A stretch of DNA of 64,000 nt from contig CAVXTP010000022.1 of the NCBI GenBank assembly GCA_963764715.1, positions 32,001 to 96,000 of the forward strand. The letters run 5' to 3'. The DNA is from an uncultured Acidobacteriota bacterium (lineage in GTDB: Bacteria > Acidobacteriota > Thermoanaerobaculia > UBA5066 > Gp7-AA6). The position numbers were made by a program, and so were the translations under genes. The notes beneath the pieces were generated by a model that worked only from the letters and a program-made list of their open reading frames with translations, was not told the DNA's origin and made no database searches. Below, piece by piece: positions 19,660-27,543 of this stretch. Position 1 is the stretch's first letter; every line of letters begins with the position of its first letter.

Positions 19660-20823
19660 ATGAGGCGGCTGCTGATCATCCCGGTTGCCCTCGTGGCAGT
19701 CTTGGCGGGAGGTGCCGTCCGCCAAGTCCAGGACGTGTGCGGACCGTTCGCTGACGTCTCACCCGCCCTTTGCCCATACGTCCTCGAGATGTACTACCTC
19801 GGCATCACCGCGGGCACTTCGCCGACGACTTACTCGCCCGACAACCCGGTGACGCGCGGACAAGCGGCCGTGTTCGTATCGAAGGGCGTCAATCAGGCGA
19901 TCGCTCGCTCCTCGCGGCGCGCGGCACTCGGGCAGTGGTGGACGACAATGCCGCAGTGGAACCTCGGGCTCGGCGTCACGGATACCGGCAACCTGCCCTA
20001 TCTCGTGGCCTCCGACGGGGCTGACGTCTGGGTGGCCAGTTCTGGCGCGGTCGCGCGCGTGAGAGCGAGCGACGGGCGGCTTCTTGAGTCTTGGACCGGC
20101 GCAACAAATGCCATCGGCGTTGCGGTCGCCATGGGCCGGGTCCTCGTCACCGGCGACTCGAACCCGGCGATCCGAAGCGGGGCGGATACGGGTGTTCTCT
20201 ACCTGATCGACCCGTCTCAGCCCGCCGGCCCGGTCACCGTTGCCGCGAGCGGACTCGGAACCGGAACGCATGGCGTTGCGTTCGACGGATCCCGGGTGTG
20301 GACCACGAACCACGGGAGCGTTTCGATCGTCACGCCGCTTCCTTTTCTCCCCTGGTCTTCGACGAGCGTCACCGAAGGGTTCACGCAGCCTCTCGGAATC
20401 GTGTGGGACGGTTCGCACATGTGGGTCGGCGACCTTATCTCGGGAGACGTCCTTCGCCTCGATTCCAACGGAGCGATCCTCCAGCGGGTGCACACGGGCA
20501 CTCCGGGATTCATGACTTTCGACGGCGCGAATATCTGGGTTCCCGCGGTGACGTCCGTCTCGGTTATCCGTGTTACGGACGGCGCGATCGTCGGCACGCT
20601 CACCGGTAACGGACTCGACAACGCATACGCCGCCGCCTTCGACGGGGAGCGCGTCCTCGTGACGAACCCCCAAGCGGGCACTCTCTCGCTTTTCCGCGCC
20701 GCGGACCTGGCGCCACTCGGTTCGGTGTCGGCAGGAGCGGGCACGGACCCGACAGGGATCTGCAGCGACGGACTGAACTTCTGGATTACGTTGCGGTCGA
20801 CCGGCAAGTTGGCCCGGTTCTGA
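19660..20823 (+). CDS. Secreted protein: N-terminal SLH-like domain plus YncE-like beta-propeller
   Basis: Signal peptide, CGPFADV...GITAGTSPTTYSPDNPVTRGQAAVF, repeated (F/S/W)DG..(V/I)WV blades; GGAGG RBS. Confidence 0.85.
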   Translation: MRRLLIIPVALVAVLAGGAVRQVQDVCGPFADVSPALCPYVLEMYYLGITAGTSPTTYSPDNPVTRGQAAVFVSKGVNQAIARSSRRAALGQWWTTMPQWNLGLGVTDTGNLPYLVASDGADVWVASSGAVARVRASDGRLLESWTGATNAIGVAVAMGRVLVTGDSNPAIRSGADTGVLYLIDPSQPAGPVTVAASGLGTGTHGVAFDGSRVWTTNHGSVSIVTPLPFLPWSSTSVTEGFTQPLGIVWDGSHMWVGDLISGDVLRLDSNGAILQRVHTGTPGFMTFDGANIWVPAVTSVSVIRVTDGAIVGTLTGNGLDNAYAAAFDGERVLVTNPQAGTLSLFRAADLAPLGSVSAGAGTDPTGICSDGLNFWITLRSTGKLARF

Positions 20824-20829
20824 GTGGAC

Positions 20830-21978
20830 ATGCGTCGACTTCGATTCGCCGCGATTGCTCTGGCCACGGCCCTCGCCGGAGCCGCCACTGGAGTCGTTCA
20901 GGACCAATGCGGTCCCTTCACGGACGTCTCGGCGTCGCTCTGTCCGTTCGTCCTCGAGATGTACGTTCTCGGGATCACCGCCGGGACCTCGCCGACGACG
21001 TACTCCCCGAGCGCGCCTCTGACGCGCGGCCAGGCGGCGGTCTTCGTCTCGAGGGCCGTGAACCAGTCGATCGCGCGGTCGTCCGATCGCGCCGCCCGAG
21101 GACAGTGGTGGAATCCGACTCCGCTCACGCTGCTCGCCAGAACCAACGTGGGATCAAACCCTTTCGGCGTTGCATCCGACGGTTCGGACGTCTGGGTCAC
21201 GAACCACTTCGGAGCAGGCATCGCCGATGTCTCCCGCGTACGTGCGAGCGACGGCCGACTGCTCGAGACCTGGAGCGGAGCGCACGGCGCGTATGCGATC
21301 GCGATCGGCTTGGGACGCGTCGTCGCAACGAGTCAGCGCGGGTTCGGAAACCCTCACCAGCTCTATGCCATTGACCCTGCGGACCCGTCCCTCCAGGCGA
21401 AGGTCGTCGTGCCGAGTTTCCCAAACGACGGGATCGACATCCTCTTCGACGGCGGCCGATTTTGGGTGCGGTCGACCATCTCGGAGCTCCACATAGTCAC
21501 ACCGACCGGCCGTTCGACCTGGGACTACACGACGGTCACGGGATTCGATTCCCTGAGCGGAATGTTCTTCGACGGCCGAAACGTCTGGGTTGTCGAGGTC
21601 GGGGGCGTCAACGGCTGGCTCCTCAGGCTTGGTCCCGCGGGCGAGATCCTGCAGCGCTTCTCGATCGGCAAGAACACCGGTTACCCGGCCTTCGACGGCG
21701 AGAACATCTGGATCCCGAATACTCAGGACCACACGATCTCGGTCGTCCGCGCCTCGACCGGCAAGGAGATCGCGCTTCTCGAAACGGACCTGAACCCCTA
21801 CATGGCAGCGTTCGACGGCGAGCGCATGGCGATTCTCCAGGGTCTCAATGTCACCGTGTGGCGGGCCGCCGATCTGAAGAGAATCGGAAGCGCTCCGGCC
21901 CGCGGCGTCCAGATCTGCAGCGGCGGCGGGCGGTTCTGGGTCTCCGACAATACGTTCGATCAGGTCGTCGGTTTCTGA
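20830..21978 (+). CDS. Tandem paralog: SLH-like domain plus beta-propeller
   Basis: N-terminus nearly identical to the previous gene (CGPFTDVS..LCPFVLEMY.LGITAGTSPTTYSP); diverged FDG repeats. Confidence 0.85.
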   Translation: MRRLRFAAIALATALAGAATGVVQDQCGPFTDVSASLCPFVLEMYVLGITAGTSPTTYSPSAPLTRGQAAVFVSRAVNQSIARSSDRAARGQWWNPTPLTLLARTNVGSNPFGVASDGSDVWVTNHFGAGIADVSRVRASDGRLLETWSGAHGAYAIAIGLGRVVATSQRGFGNPHQLYAIDPADPSLQAKVVVPSFPNDGIDILFDGGRFWVRSTISELHIVTPTGRSTWDYTTVTGFDSLSGMFFDGRNVWVVEVGGVNGWLLRLGPAGEILQRFSIGKNTGYPAFDGENIWIPNTQDHTISVVRASTGKEIALLETDLNPYMAAFDGERMAILQGLNVTVWRAADLKRIGSAPARGVQICSGGGRFWVSDNTFDQVVGF

Positions 21979-22064
21979 TAACTAGTATTCGCGCTCCTCC
22001 GGTTGACCGGCGGCCTGTTACAGATGCAATGAGTACAGAGTTGCGTCAGAACCTCGGTGACAAT

Positions 22065-22105
22065 TTGACGGCGCCGCCGTCTCGCCACCCATTAGGCGGC
22101 GTCAA
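22065..22105 (+). repeat. attC-like site 6 (internally deleted remnant)
   Basis: TTGACGGCGCCGCC-GTCT-CGCCACCCATTAGGCGGCGTCAA keeps the CGCCACCC-nTTAGGCGGC tail of sites 1 and 3. Confidence 0.55.
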
Positions 22106-22226
22106 GTGACCGTTAGTGGCAGCATGCTACGCCTCGTCCTTTCGGTCTGTCTCTTCGGCGCGGGACTGCTCTGGCTTGTGACGATCGGTGTCTTGCCAAA
22201 CGAACTCCGAGCCTTCTCTACCGAAG

Positions 22227-23207
22227 TCACCGAACGGCTTGAACGCTAATGTCCAATGCCGCCGGGGGGCCACAAGTGCCGAGGCGATATGCCTGCAGAC
22301 GCTGTAGCTCGTGGAGAGTCCGGAGCAAGGAGCGCTCGAGGGTAGTTTCATAGCGGACGACCTTGTCCAGTACATCCTGTGGGGGGAGGGTGTTCTCGAG
22401 TTTCGCCTGCTCCTTAGCTCGCTTCGCCGCCTGGACGGCGACCCGGGCGCGCGCGCAATCCTCGGACGCCCGTTCGCTCATTCGAATCGAGAGACTCTCT
22501 GGGGAGATGCCGACCTTGGCAGAGTAGGCCGCGCAGGCCCTCCTGAGAAGTCCTGGGGTCCACCGTTCGAACGCGTCGAATTCGTCATCTTCGTCCGGGA
22601 TGCCGGGCACCGATACCTCGACGTCCCGGGTGACGAACGCGGCCTTGTACGCCAGCCAGAGGAAGACCACGGCGGCGTTTTTCTCCATGGCCTCATCGTC
22701 TCCGAGCTGTTCAAAGTGATCGACCAGATCGAGCACCGCCTCGGCGTGCTCCAGAGAGGCTGTTGCCTCCTCCAAGTCTGTCGACGAGAATCCGGGTCGT
22801 CCCGCCGGTAGCAACCCGAGCTTTGCCAGAGACTGGTTGCTCTCGATGGCGCTGGTCTCGTACCTGACGACACGACCCAGGCGCCACAGCTGGATGGCAA
22901 TCCTTTCCGTGAGGGCAGCCTCCAGTTCATTAACCGGGGAAGTGCTACTGAATATCGACGCCCGATGGTCTTCCCAAAGCTGGGCGTCCTCCATGCCAGT
23001 GACTACAGGCCGAACGCTCAGAATCCCATGCCGCAGTGCGTTGGCAGACGAGCGCCGTTTCCCCGGTTCAGTTTTGGGGCCACCGCGGCTGGGCCGGTCG
23101 GTGGACTTCCCCTGTCCCTCGGTTGTCCCACTTCCCTCGTTGTCTGGTGTGATCTCTGGGGTCGATCCACCGGCAGAATCCGTGATTTCTTGGTCCTTGT
23201 TACTCAT
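22227..23207 (-). CDS. Conserved mobile-element hypothetical protein
   Basis: GGPKTEPGKRRSSANALRHG motif, ERIAIQLWRLGRVVRYE and RYETTLERSLLRTLHELQRLQ; ATG at 23207 just inside attR. Confidence 0.7.
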   Translation of the reverse strand: MSNKDQEITDSAGGSTPEITPDNEGSGTTEGQGKSTDRPSRGGPKTEPGKRRSSANALRHGILSVRPVVTGMEDAQLWEDHRASIFSSTSPVNELEAALTERIAIQLWRLGRVVRYETSAIESNQSLAKLGLLPAGRPGFSSTDLEEATASLEHAEAVLDLVDHFEQLGDDEAMEKNAAVVFLWLAYKAAFVTRDVEVSVPGIPDEDDEFDAFERWTPGLLRRACAAYSAKVGISPESLSIRMSERASEDCARARVAVQAAKRAKEQAKLENTLPPQDVLDKVVRYETTLERSLLRTLHELQRLQAYRLGTCGPPAALDISVQAVR

Positions 23208-23234
23208 TGGATGTCCCTGAACCCCTTCAGAAAA

Positions 23235-23291
<57 letters not shown>

Positions 23292-23320
23292 ACTGGATAC
23301 ACTTCTGCCGGACGCCGCGC

Positions 23321-24415
23321 GTGAGCCCTGTCAAAGCCCCCAGTCTCCTGCAGCTTCGCCGCTACGCGATCGCGCGCAGCCTCTTCAGGGCCACCAGCCT
23401 GCCGCGGGCCATTGCGCGCCTGGGCTTCGTCCAGGCCGACCCGATGCGGGCGCCCGCTCGGGCCCAGGATCTGATCCTCGCGCAGCGCGTCGAGGGCTAT
23501 CGCGCCGGCGATCTGGAGCGCCGCTACCCGCGCCTGGCGATCGAAGAGGCCTTCTTCGTCAACTACGGTTTCCTGCCTCGCGAGACCGTGGACCTGCTTC
23601 ATCCGCGCGGGGCGCCGAGGTCGTGGGACGCCAGGATGCATGCGCACGCGGAGGAGGTGCTGGCGTTCGTGCGCCGGCATGGTCCCACCCGACCCAAAGA
23701 CGTGCAGGCGCATTTCGACCATGGCCGGATCAAGCGCTGGGGCGGCGATCTGAATGTCAGCGCTCATCTGCTGGAGGGCCTGCACCATCGCGGGCTGCTG
23801 CGCGTCGAGCGGCGCGAGGCCGGCACCCGGGTCTACCAGGCGATCGAGCACCCGCCGCAGGACGACAGCCCCGAGGCCAGGCAAGCGCGCGCCGGCTTGT
23901 TGCTGGACATCGTGGTGCGGCTCTACGCGCCGCTGCCTGCGGCCACCCTGGGCTATCTATGCGGGCTGTTGCGCCATGGAGTGCCGCACCTGGCCGCGGA
24001 GACGCGGCAGGTCCAGGAGCACGCCAGTTCCCGCTATGCCCGTGCCCGGGTCGACGGCCTGCTGTGGTTCTGGCCGCGCGGAGAGAAGGGCGTGGCCGCT
24101 CGGCACACGGTTGACGACAGGCTGCGCTTCCTCGCGCCCTTCGACCCCGTGGTCTGGGACCGACGGCGCTTCCAGCTGTTCTGGGGCTGGGAATACAAGC
24201 TCGAGGCCTATGTGCCGGCCCACAAGCGCCGCATGGGCCATTACGCGATGCCCATGCTGTGGGGCGAGCGAGTGGTGGGCTGGGCCAATCTGAAGGTGGT
24301 CGATGGCCGGCTGCGGCACGAGCTGGGCTTCGCCGGCCCGCGGCCACGCGGCAGCGCCTTTCAGCGGGCGCTCGACGAGGCGTTGCAGCGGATGCAGGAG
24401 TTTCTGGAGCTCTAA
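23321..24415 (+). CDS. YcaQ/AlkZ-family (HTH_42) crosslink-repair DNA glycosylase
   Basis: LGFVQAD (QxD catalytic motif), LAPFDPVVWDR.R...FWGWEYKLEAYVP..KR.MGHYAMP. Confidence 0.85.
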   Translation: MSPVKAPSLLQLRRYAIARSLFRATSLPRAIARLGFVQADPMRAPARAQDLILAQRVEGYRAGDLERRYPRLAIEEAFFVNYGFLPRETVDLLHPRGAPRSWDARMHAHAEEVLAFVRRHGPTRPKDVQAHFDHGRIKRWGGDLNVSAHLLEGLHHRGLLRVERREAGTRVYQAIEHPPQDDSPEARQARAGLLLDIVVRLYAPLPAATLGYLCGLLRHGVPHLAAETRQVQEHASSRYARARVDGLLWFWPRGEKGVAARHTVDDRLRFLAPFDPVVWDRRRFQLFWGWEYKLEAYVPAHKRRMGHYAMPMLWGERVVGWANLKVVDGRLRHELGFAGPRPRGSAFQRALDEALQRMQEFLEL

Positions 24416-24428
24416 TGCGCGCCGTTCT

Positions 24429-24455
24429 GAGTGGTCGGAGGTTCAAACCCTCTCG
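24429..24455 (+). repeat. Degenerate third att copy (tRNA-Pro T-arm fragment)
   Basis: GAGTGGTCGGAGGTTCAAACCCTCTCG, 26/27 identical to the tRNA-Pro sequence. Confidence 0.85.
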
Positions 24456-24564
24456 AAAGTTCGATGTCCCTGCTGCCGATACCGAGGGGCCTCGTTCCTC
24501 AACGTTCACAGTCGCGCTCGGACGGCCTGGACAGGCTCATCCGGATTCGAGCAGCCGACGGTCG

Positions 24565-25818
24565 TCAGCCGCCCGGTGGCCGGCCGACCCGGGCCGCCGC
24601 TCCGATCCCGGCCGCCCGACCGGTCGACCACGCCCACTGGAAATTGAAGCCCCCGATCGGGCCAAACGCGTCGAGGATCTCCCCGCAGAGGAAGAGCCCG
24701 GGATACTTCCGGCTCTCCATCGTCGTCGGGTCGATCTCGTCGAGCGCGACGCCGCCCCCAGTGACCTCGGCCTTCGCGTAGCCTTCGTGGCCCGACCAGG
24801 GCAGCTCGCCGCGCGTCAGCGTGTCGATCAGGCGGAAGCGTTCCTCGCGGCGCAGTTGCGCGAGCGGCCGGCCCGGGTCGACGCGCGCCTGAAGGCACAG
24901 GGCGCCCGCGAGCCGGTCGGGCAGGCCGGGGCGGAGGGCGCCGGCGACCGTTCGCGGGCCGGCGGGCTTGAGCGCCGCCTCCCAGGCCTTCTCGTCGAAG
25001 CGTGTCCAGCGGACGGCGAGCTTCGCCGGAGCGCCGCCCGCCATCTGGGACCGGACGGCGACATGGGAGACGTCGAGGACCGCGGGCCCGCTATAGCCGC
25101 GGTGGGTGAAGAGAAAGCCGCCTGCCGAGGAGGCCGTCTCTCCGTCCGCGCGCGCGGCGATCGTCACCGGGAGCGAGACGCCGGCGAGGGCCGAGAACGG
25201 GCCGGGCGGTGCGAGCAGGGGTGTCAGCGCGGGATACGTCGGATGGACCGTGTGGCCCAGGCGCTCGAGGATGGAGAGGCCGATCCCGTCGCTTCCCGAC
25301 TTGGGAACCGAGAGGCCTCCGGTCGCGACGACGACCGAATCCGCCTCGAGGGCGGTTCCGCCCTCGAGCGCGACGCGCCAGCGGCCGGCGGTCGGAACGA
25401 GGTCCTGAACGAGGGTGTCCGTCTGCAGCGCCACGCCGCGGCGGCGGGCGAGCGCGAGGAGAGCGTCCCGGACGTCCCGCGCCCGGTTGGACGCCGGGAA
25501 GAGCTTGGCGATTTCCGGTTCCTCGACGAGCGCTATCCCGAGGTCGCGCTCGAAGAAGGGGACCTGCTCGCGGAGCGGCCAGCTTCGGAGCATCCGCAGG
25601 AGCGCGCGGCGGGGAGAGGCCGTCACGAACCGGGCCTCGTCGGACCGTGCGGGAAGGACGTTGCAGCGCCCGCCTCCGCTGATGAGGATCTTGCGGCCGC
25701 CGTCGGGCGTGCGCTCGAGGAGAAGCGTCTCCGCGTCGGCGGCGGCGGCAAAGATCGCCGCCATCGTGCCGGCCGCGCCGGCGCCGATCACCGCAATCCG
25801 TCGTCTTCGCCGCGCCAT
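24565..25818 (-). CDS. HI0933/BaiN-family FAD-dependent oxidoreductase
   Basis: VIGAGAAG, GRKILISGGGRCN, ATGGLS.P..GSDG, FTHRGYSGP, VTGGGV and GGFNFQWAWSTG. Confidence 0.92.
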   Translation of the reverse strand: MARRRRRIAVIGAGAAGTMAAIFAAAADAETLLLERTPDGGRKILISGGGRCNVLPARSDEARFVTASPRRALLRMLRSWPLREQVPFFERDLGIALVEEPEIAKLFPASNRARDVRDALLALARRRGVALQTDTLVQDLVPTAGRWRVALEGGTALEADSVVVATGGLSVPKSGSDGIGLSILERLGHTVHPTYPALTPLLAPPGPFSALAGVSLPVTIAARADGETASSAGGFLFTHRGYSGPAVLDVSHVAVRSQMAGGAPAKLAVRWTRFDEKAWEAALKPAGPRTVAGALRPGLPDRLAGALCLQARVDPGRPLAQLRREERFRLIDTLTRGELPWSGHEGYAKAEVTGGGVALDEIDPTTMESRKYPGLFLCGEILDAFGPIGGFNFQWAWSTGRAAGIGAAARVGRPPGG

Positions 25819-25858
25819 CCCGCCGCACGATATCCGGGCGGGCGTCCGGCCCGCAGGA

Positions 25859-26320
25859 CTAGTTGCGGCGCGAGAAGCTGACGGAGCCGCCCGGATAGAC
25901 GGGACGATCGCCCGTCACCAGAGGCTTCTTGAAATCCGAAATCGTCATCTGCAGTCCGGAAGCCGTGACGGTGCCCCCGACGGCGCCCCCCGTGCAGCCC
26001 ATCATGTTGACGCTTCCCGTGAGGTAGTTGCCGTCCACGGTTCCCCGGAACGTCCCCTCGATCCCGCAGCCCGTGGCCGTGAAGGAACCCGTGACGACGT
26101 TGCCATTCTGCGTGAACGACGCGGTGGCGGAGCTGCCGCTGCACATCGCCGGACTGTCGGATTGAAAGTCTCCTGTCCAGGTCCCCGCCACGTTCGCGCC
26201 GGTCGCCATCGGGCCCGGGGAGGTGACGGCGTTCGAATCGTTGCATCCCGCGGAAGCCATCAGCGCGACGACCGCGGTGCAGGCCGCCGCCGCCAGGAAT
26301 CGGAATCGCATCGCACGCAT
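25859..26320 (-). CDS. Putative lipoprotein
   Basis: Basic N-terminus, hydrophobic stretch, lipobox SAG-C, beta-rich body (VAGTWTG). Confidence 0.65.
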   Translation of the reverse strand: MRAMRFRFLAAAACTAVVALMASAGCNDSNAVTSPGPMATGANVAGTWTGDFQSDSPAMCSGSSATASFTQNGNVVTGSFTATGCGIEGTFRGTVDGNYLTGSVNMMGCTGGAVGGTVTASGLQMTISDFKKPLVTGDRPVYPGGSVSFSRRN

Positions 26321-26421
26321 GCGGAGCTCCTTTCCGTGGCCCGAGCCACCGGACTCTTGGACGATCATTACCACCGTTCAGGTCCGCGGGATCGGAATTG
26401 AGTCAGGCTGAAGCCGGTCGC

Positions 26422-26450
26422 TTGACTTACGCCGCCTTTGCGCCTACCGT
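26422..26450 (+). promoter_or_regulatory. Sigma70-like promoter upstream of the lexA leader
   Basis: TTGACT-17 nt-TACCGT. Confidence 0.5.
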
Positions 26451-26512
26451 ATTGCTCGAGGCCGATGGGCCGACCCGCTCAGGCCTGCGGGCGGCCGCGG
26501 TGGTTCCCTCGG

Positions 26513-26636
26513 CCTTATTTTATTAGGTGATTATGGCATTTATTCTAATTGTATTAGGACGTCATCGAGGTCTTATCGCATCGTCGTTTCCAGTATAAAT
26601 TTCGTGTCAATGCCTATTCTGCCGAATTAAGTTAGG
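26513..26636. promoter_or_regulatory. Three palindromic operator-like boxes upstream of lexA (CCTAAT-N3-ATTAGG consensus)
   Basis: CCTTATTTTATTAGG (26513), TCTAATTGTATTAGG (26544) and CCGAATTAAGTTAGG (26622). Confidence 0.65.
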
Positions 26637-26642
26637 AAAATT

Positions 26643-27251
26643 ATGAACTTGACCAAGAGGCAGAAGGAAATTCTCGATTTTATCCGTACGTATCGGACCG
26701 AGAACGGCATCTCGCCGACCCAGCGCGAGATCCGCGAGACCTTCCGCCTCTCCTCCTTCGGGACGGTCCAGAAGCACCTGAAGCGCCTGGAGGAGAAGGG
26801 CGCCCTTTCCCGGGAGTGGAACCGGAGCCGCGGAATCGCGCCCAAGGACGACCCGTCGGTCGCGCGGGGCGTGCCGCTCCTCGGCCAGGTGGCGGCGGGC
26901 CGCCCGATCGAGCCCTTTCCGAACGAGGAGTCGATCGAGGTCCCCGCCGCGCTGCTCGGCAAGGGCGAGCACTTCGTCCTGCGCGTGCGGGGCGAGTCGA
27001 TGGTCGAGGACGGGATCCTCGACGGCGATTACGTCGTCGTCGCGCGGCGGTCGAAGGCCGACAGCGGCCAGACCGTGGTGGCGCTCGTGCGGGGAGAGGC
27101 GACCCTCAAGCGGTACTACTCCGAGGGCGCGAAGGTGCGGCTGCAGCCGGCCAATTCCGCGATGCGCCCCCTGACCTTCGACGCGCGCGACGTCACGATC
27201 CAGGGCGTCGTGACGGGGTTGATCCGGGACTACGCGCGGGCCGCCCGGTGA
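26643..27251 (+). CDS. lexA: SOS repressor LexA
   Basis: LTKRQKEILDFI wHTH, VAAG cleavage site, GESM catalytic Ser, ATLK catalytic Lys. Confidence 0.96.
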   Translation: MNLTKRQKEILDFIRTYRTENGISPTQREIRETFRLSSFGTVQKHLKRLEEKGALSREWNRSRGIAPKDDPSVARGVPLLGQVAAGRPIEPFPNEESIEVPAALLGKGEHFVLRVRGESMVEDGILDGDYVVVARRSKADSGQTVVALVRGEATLKRYYSEGAKVRLQPANSAMRPLTFDARDVTIQGVVTGLIRDYARAAR

Positions 27252-27289
27252 GCCGGACCGGCGCCCTGCGGTAGAATCCGCCGTTCAAA

Positions 27290-27365
27290 GGCGACGTACC
27301 CAAGTGGTTAAGGGAGAGGTCTGCAAAACCTTTATTCGGCGGTTCGAATCCGCCCGTCGCCTCCA
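27290..27365 (+). tRNA. tRNA-Cys(GCA)
   Basis: GGCGACG...CGTCGCC-TCCA, anticodon loop CTGCAAA, T-loop GGTTCGAATCC. Confidence 0.96.
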
Positions 27366-27443
27366 TTCCCTCCCCGCCCCACGGCGCACGTCATGATCCT
27401 TTCGGGCATGCTTCCGTCGGCCTTACGCGCGGCCGCCGGCTTT

Positions 27444-27532
27444 GCCGGAGTGGCGGAATTGGTAGACGCACGGGACTTAAAATCCCGAGGGCCGCAAGGC
27501 CCGTGCCGGTTCGACTCCGGCCTCCGGCACCA
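27444..27532 (+). tRNA. tRNA-Leu(TAA)
   Basis: GCCGGAG...CTCCGGC-ACCA, anticodon arm CGGGA-CTTAAAA-TCCCG, long variable arm. Confidence 0.96.
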
Positions 27533-27543
27533 CTGATACGGGC

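Noticed and set aside
19660-21978. Diversity-generating retroelement target/template pair
   Set aside because: There is no reverse transcriptase in the window, and the similarity is at the N-terminus with ordinary, not adenine-specific, differences.
15251-22104. attC4 left half and attC6 right half as one site split by insertion of the replication module (13-bp complementarity)
   Set aside because: Site 6 has its own partly complementary left arm and site 5 lies between them, so family-level similarity explains the match. Not fully excluded.
10312-22105. Repeats as a CRISPR array
   Set aside because: Copies are kilobases apart and separated by whole genes, there are no cas genes, and the structure fits attC.
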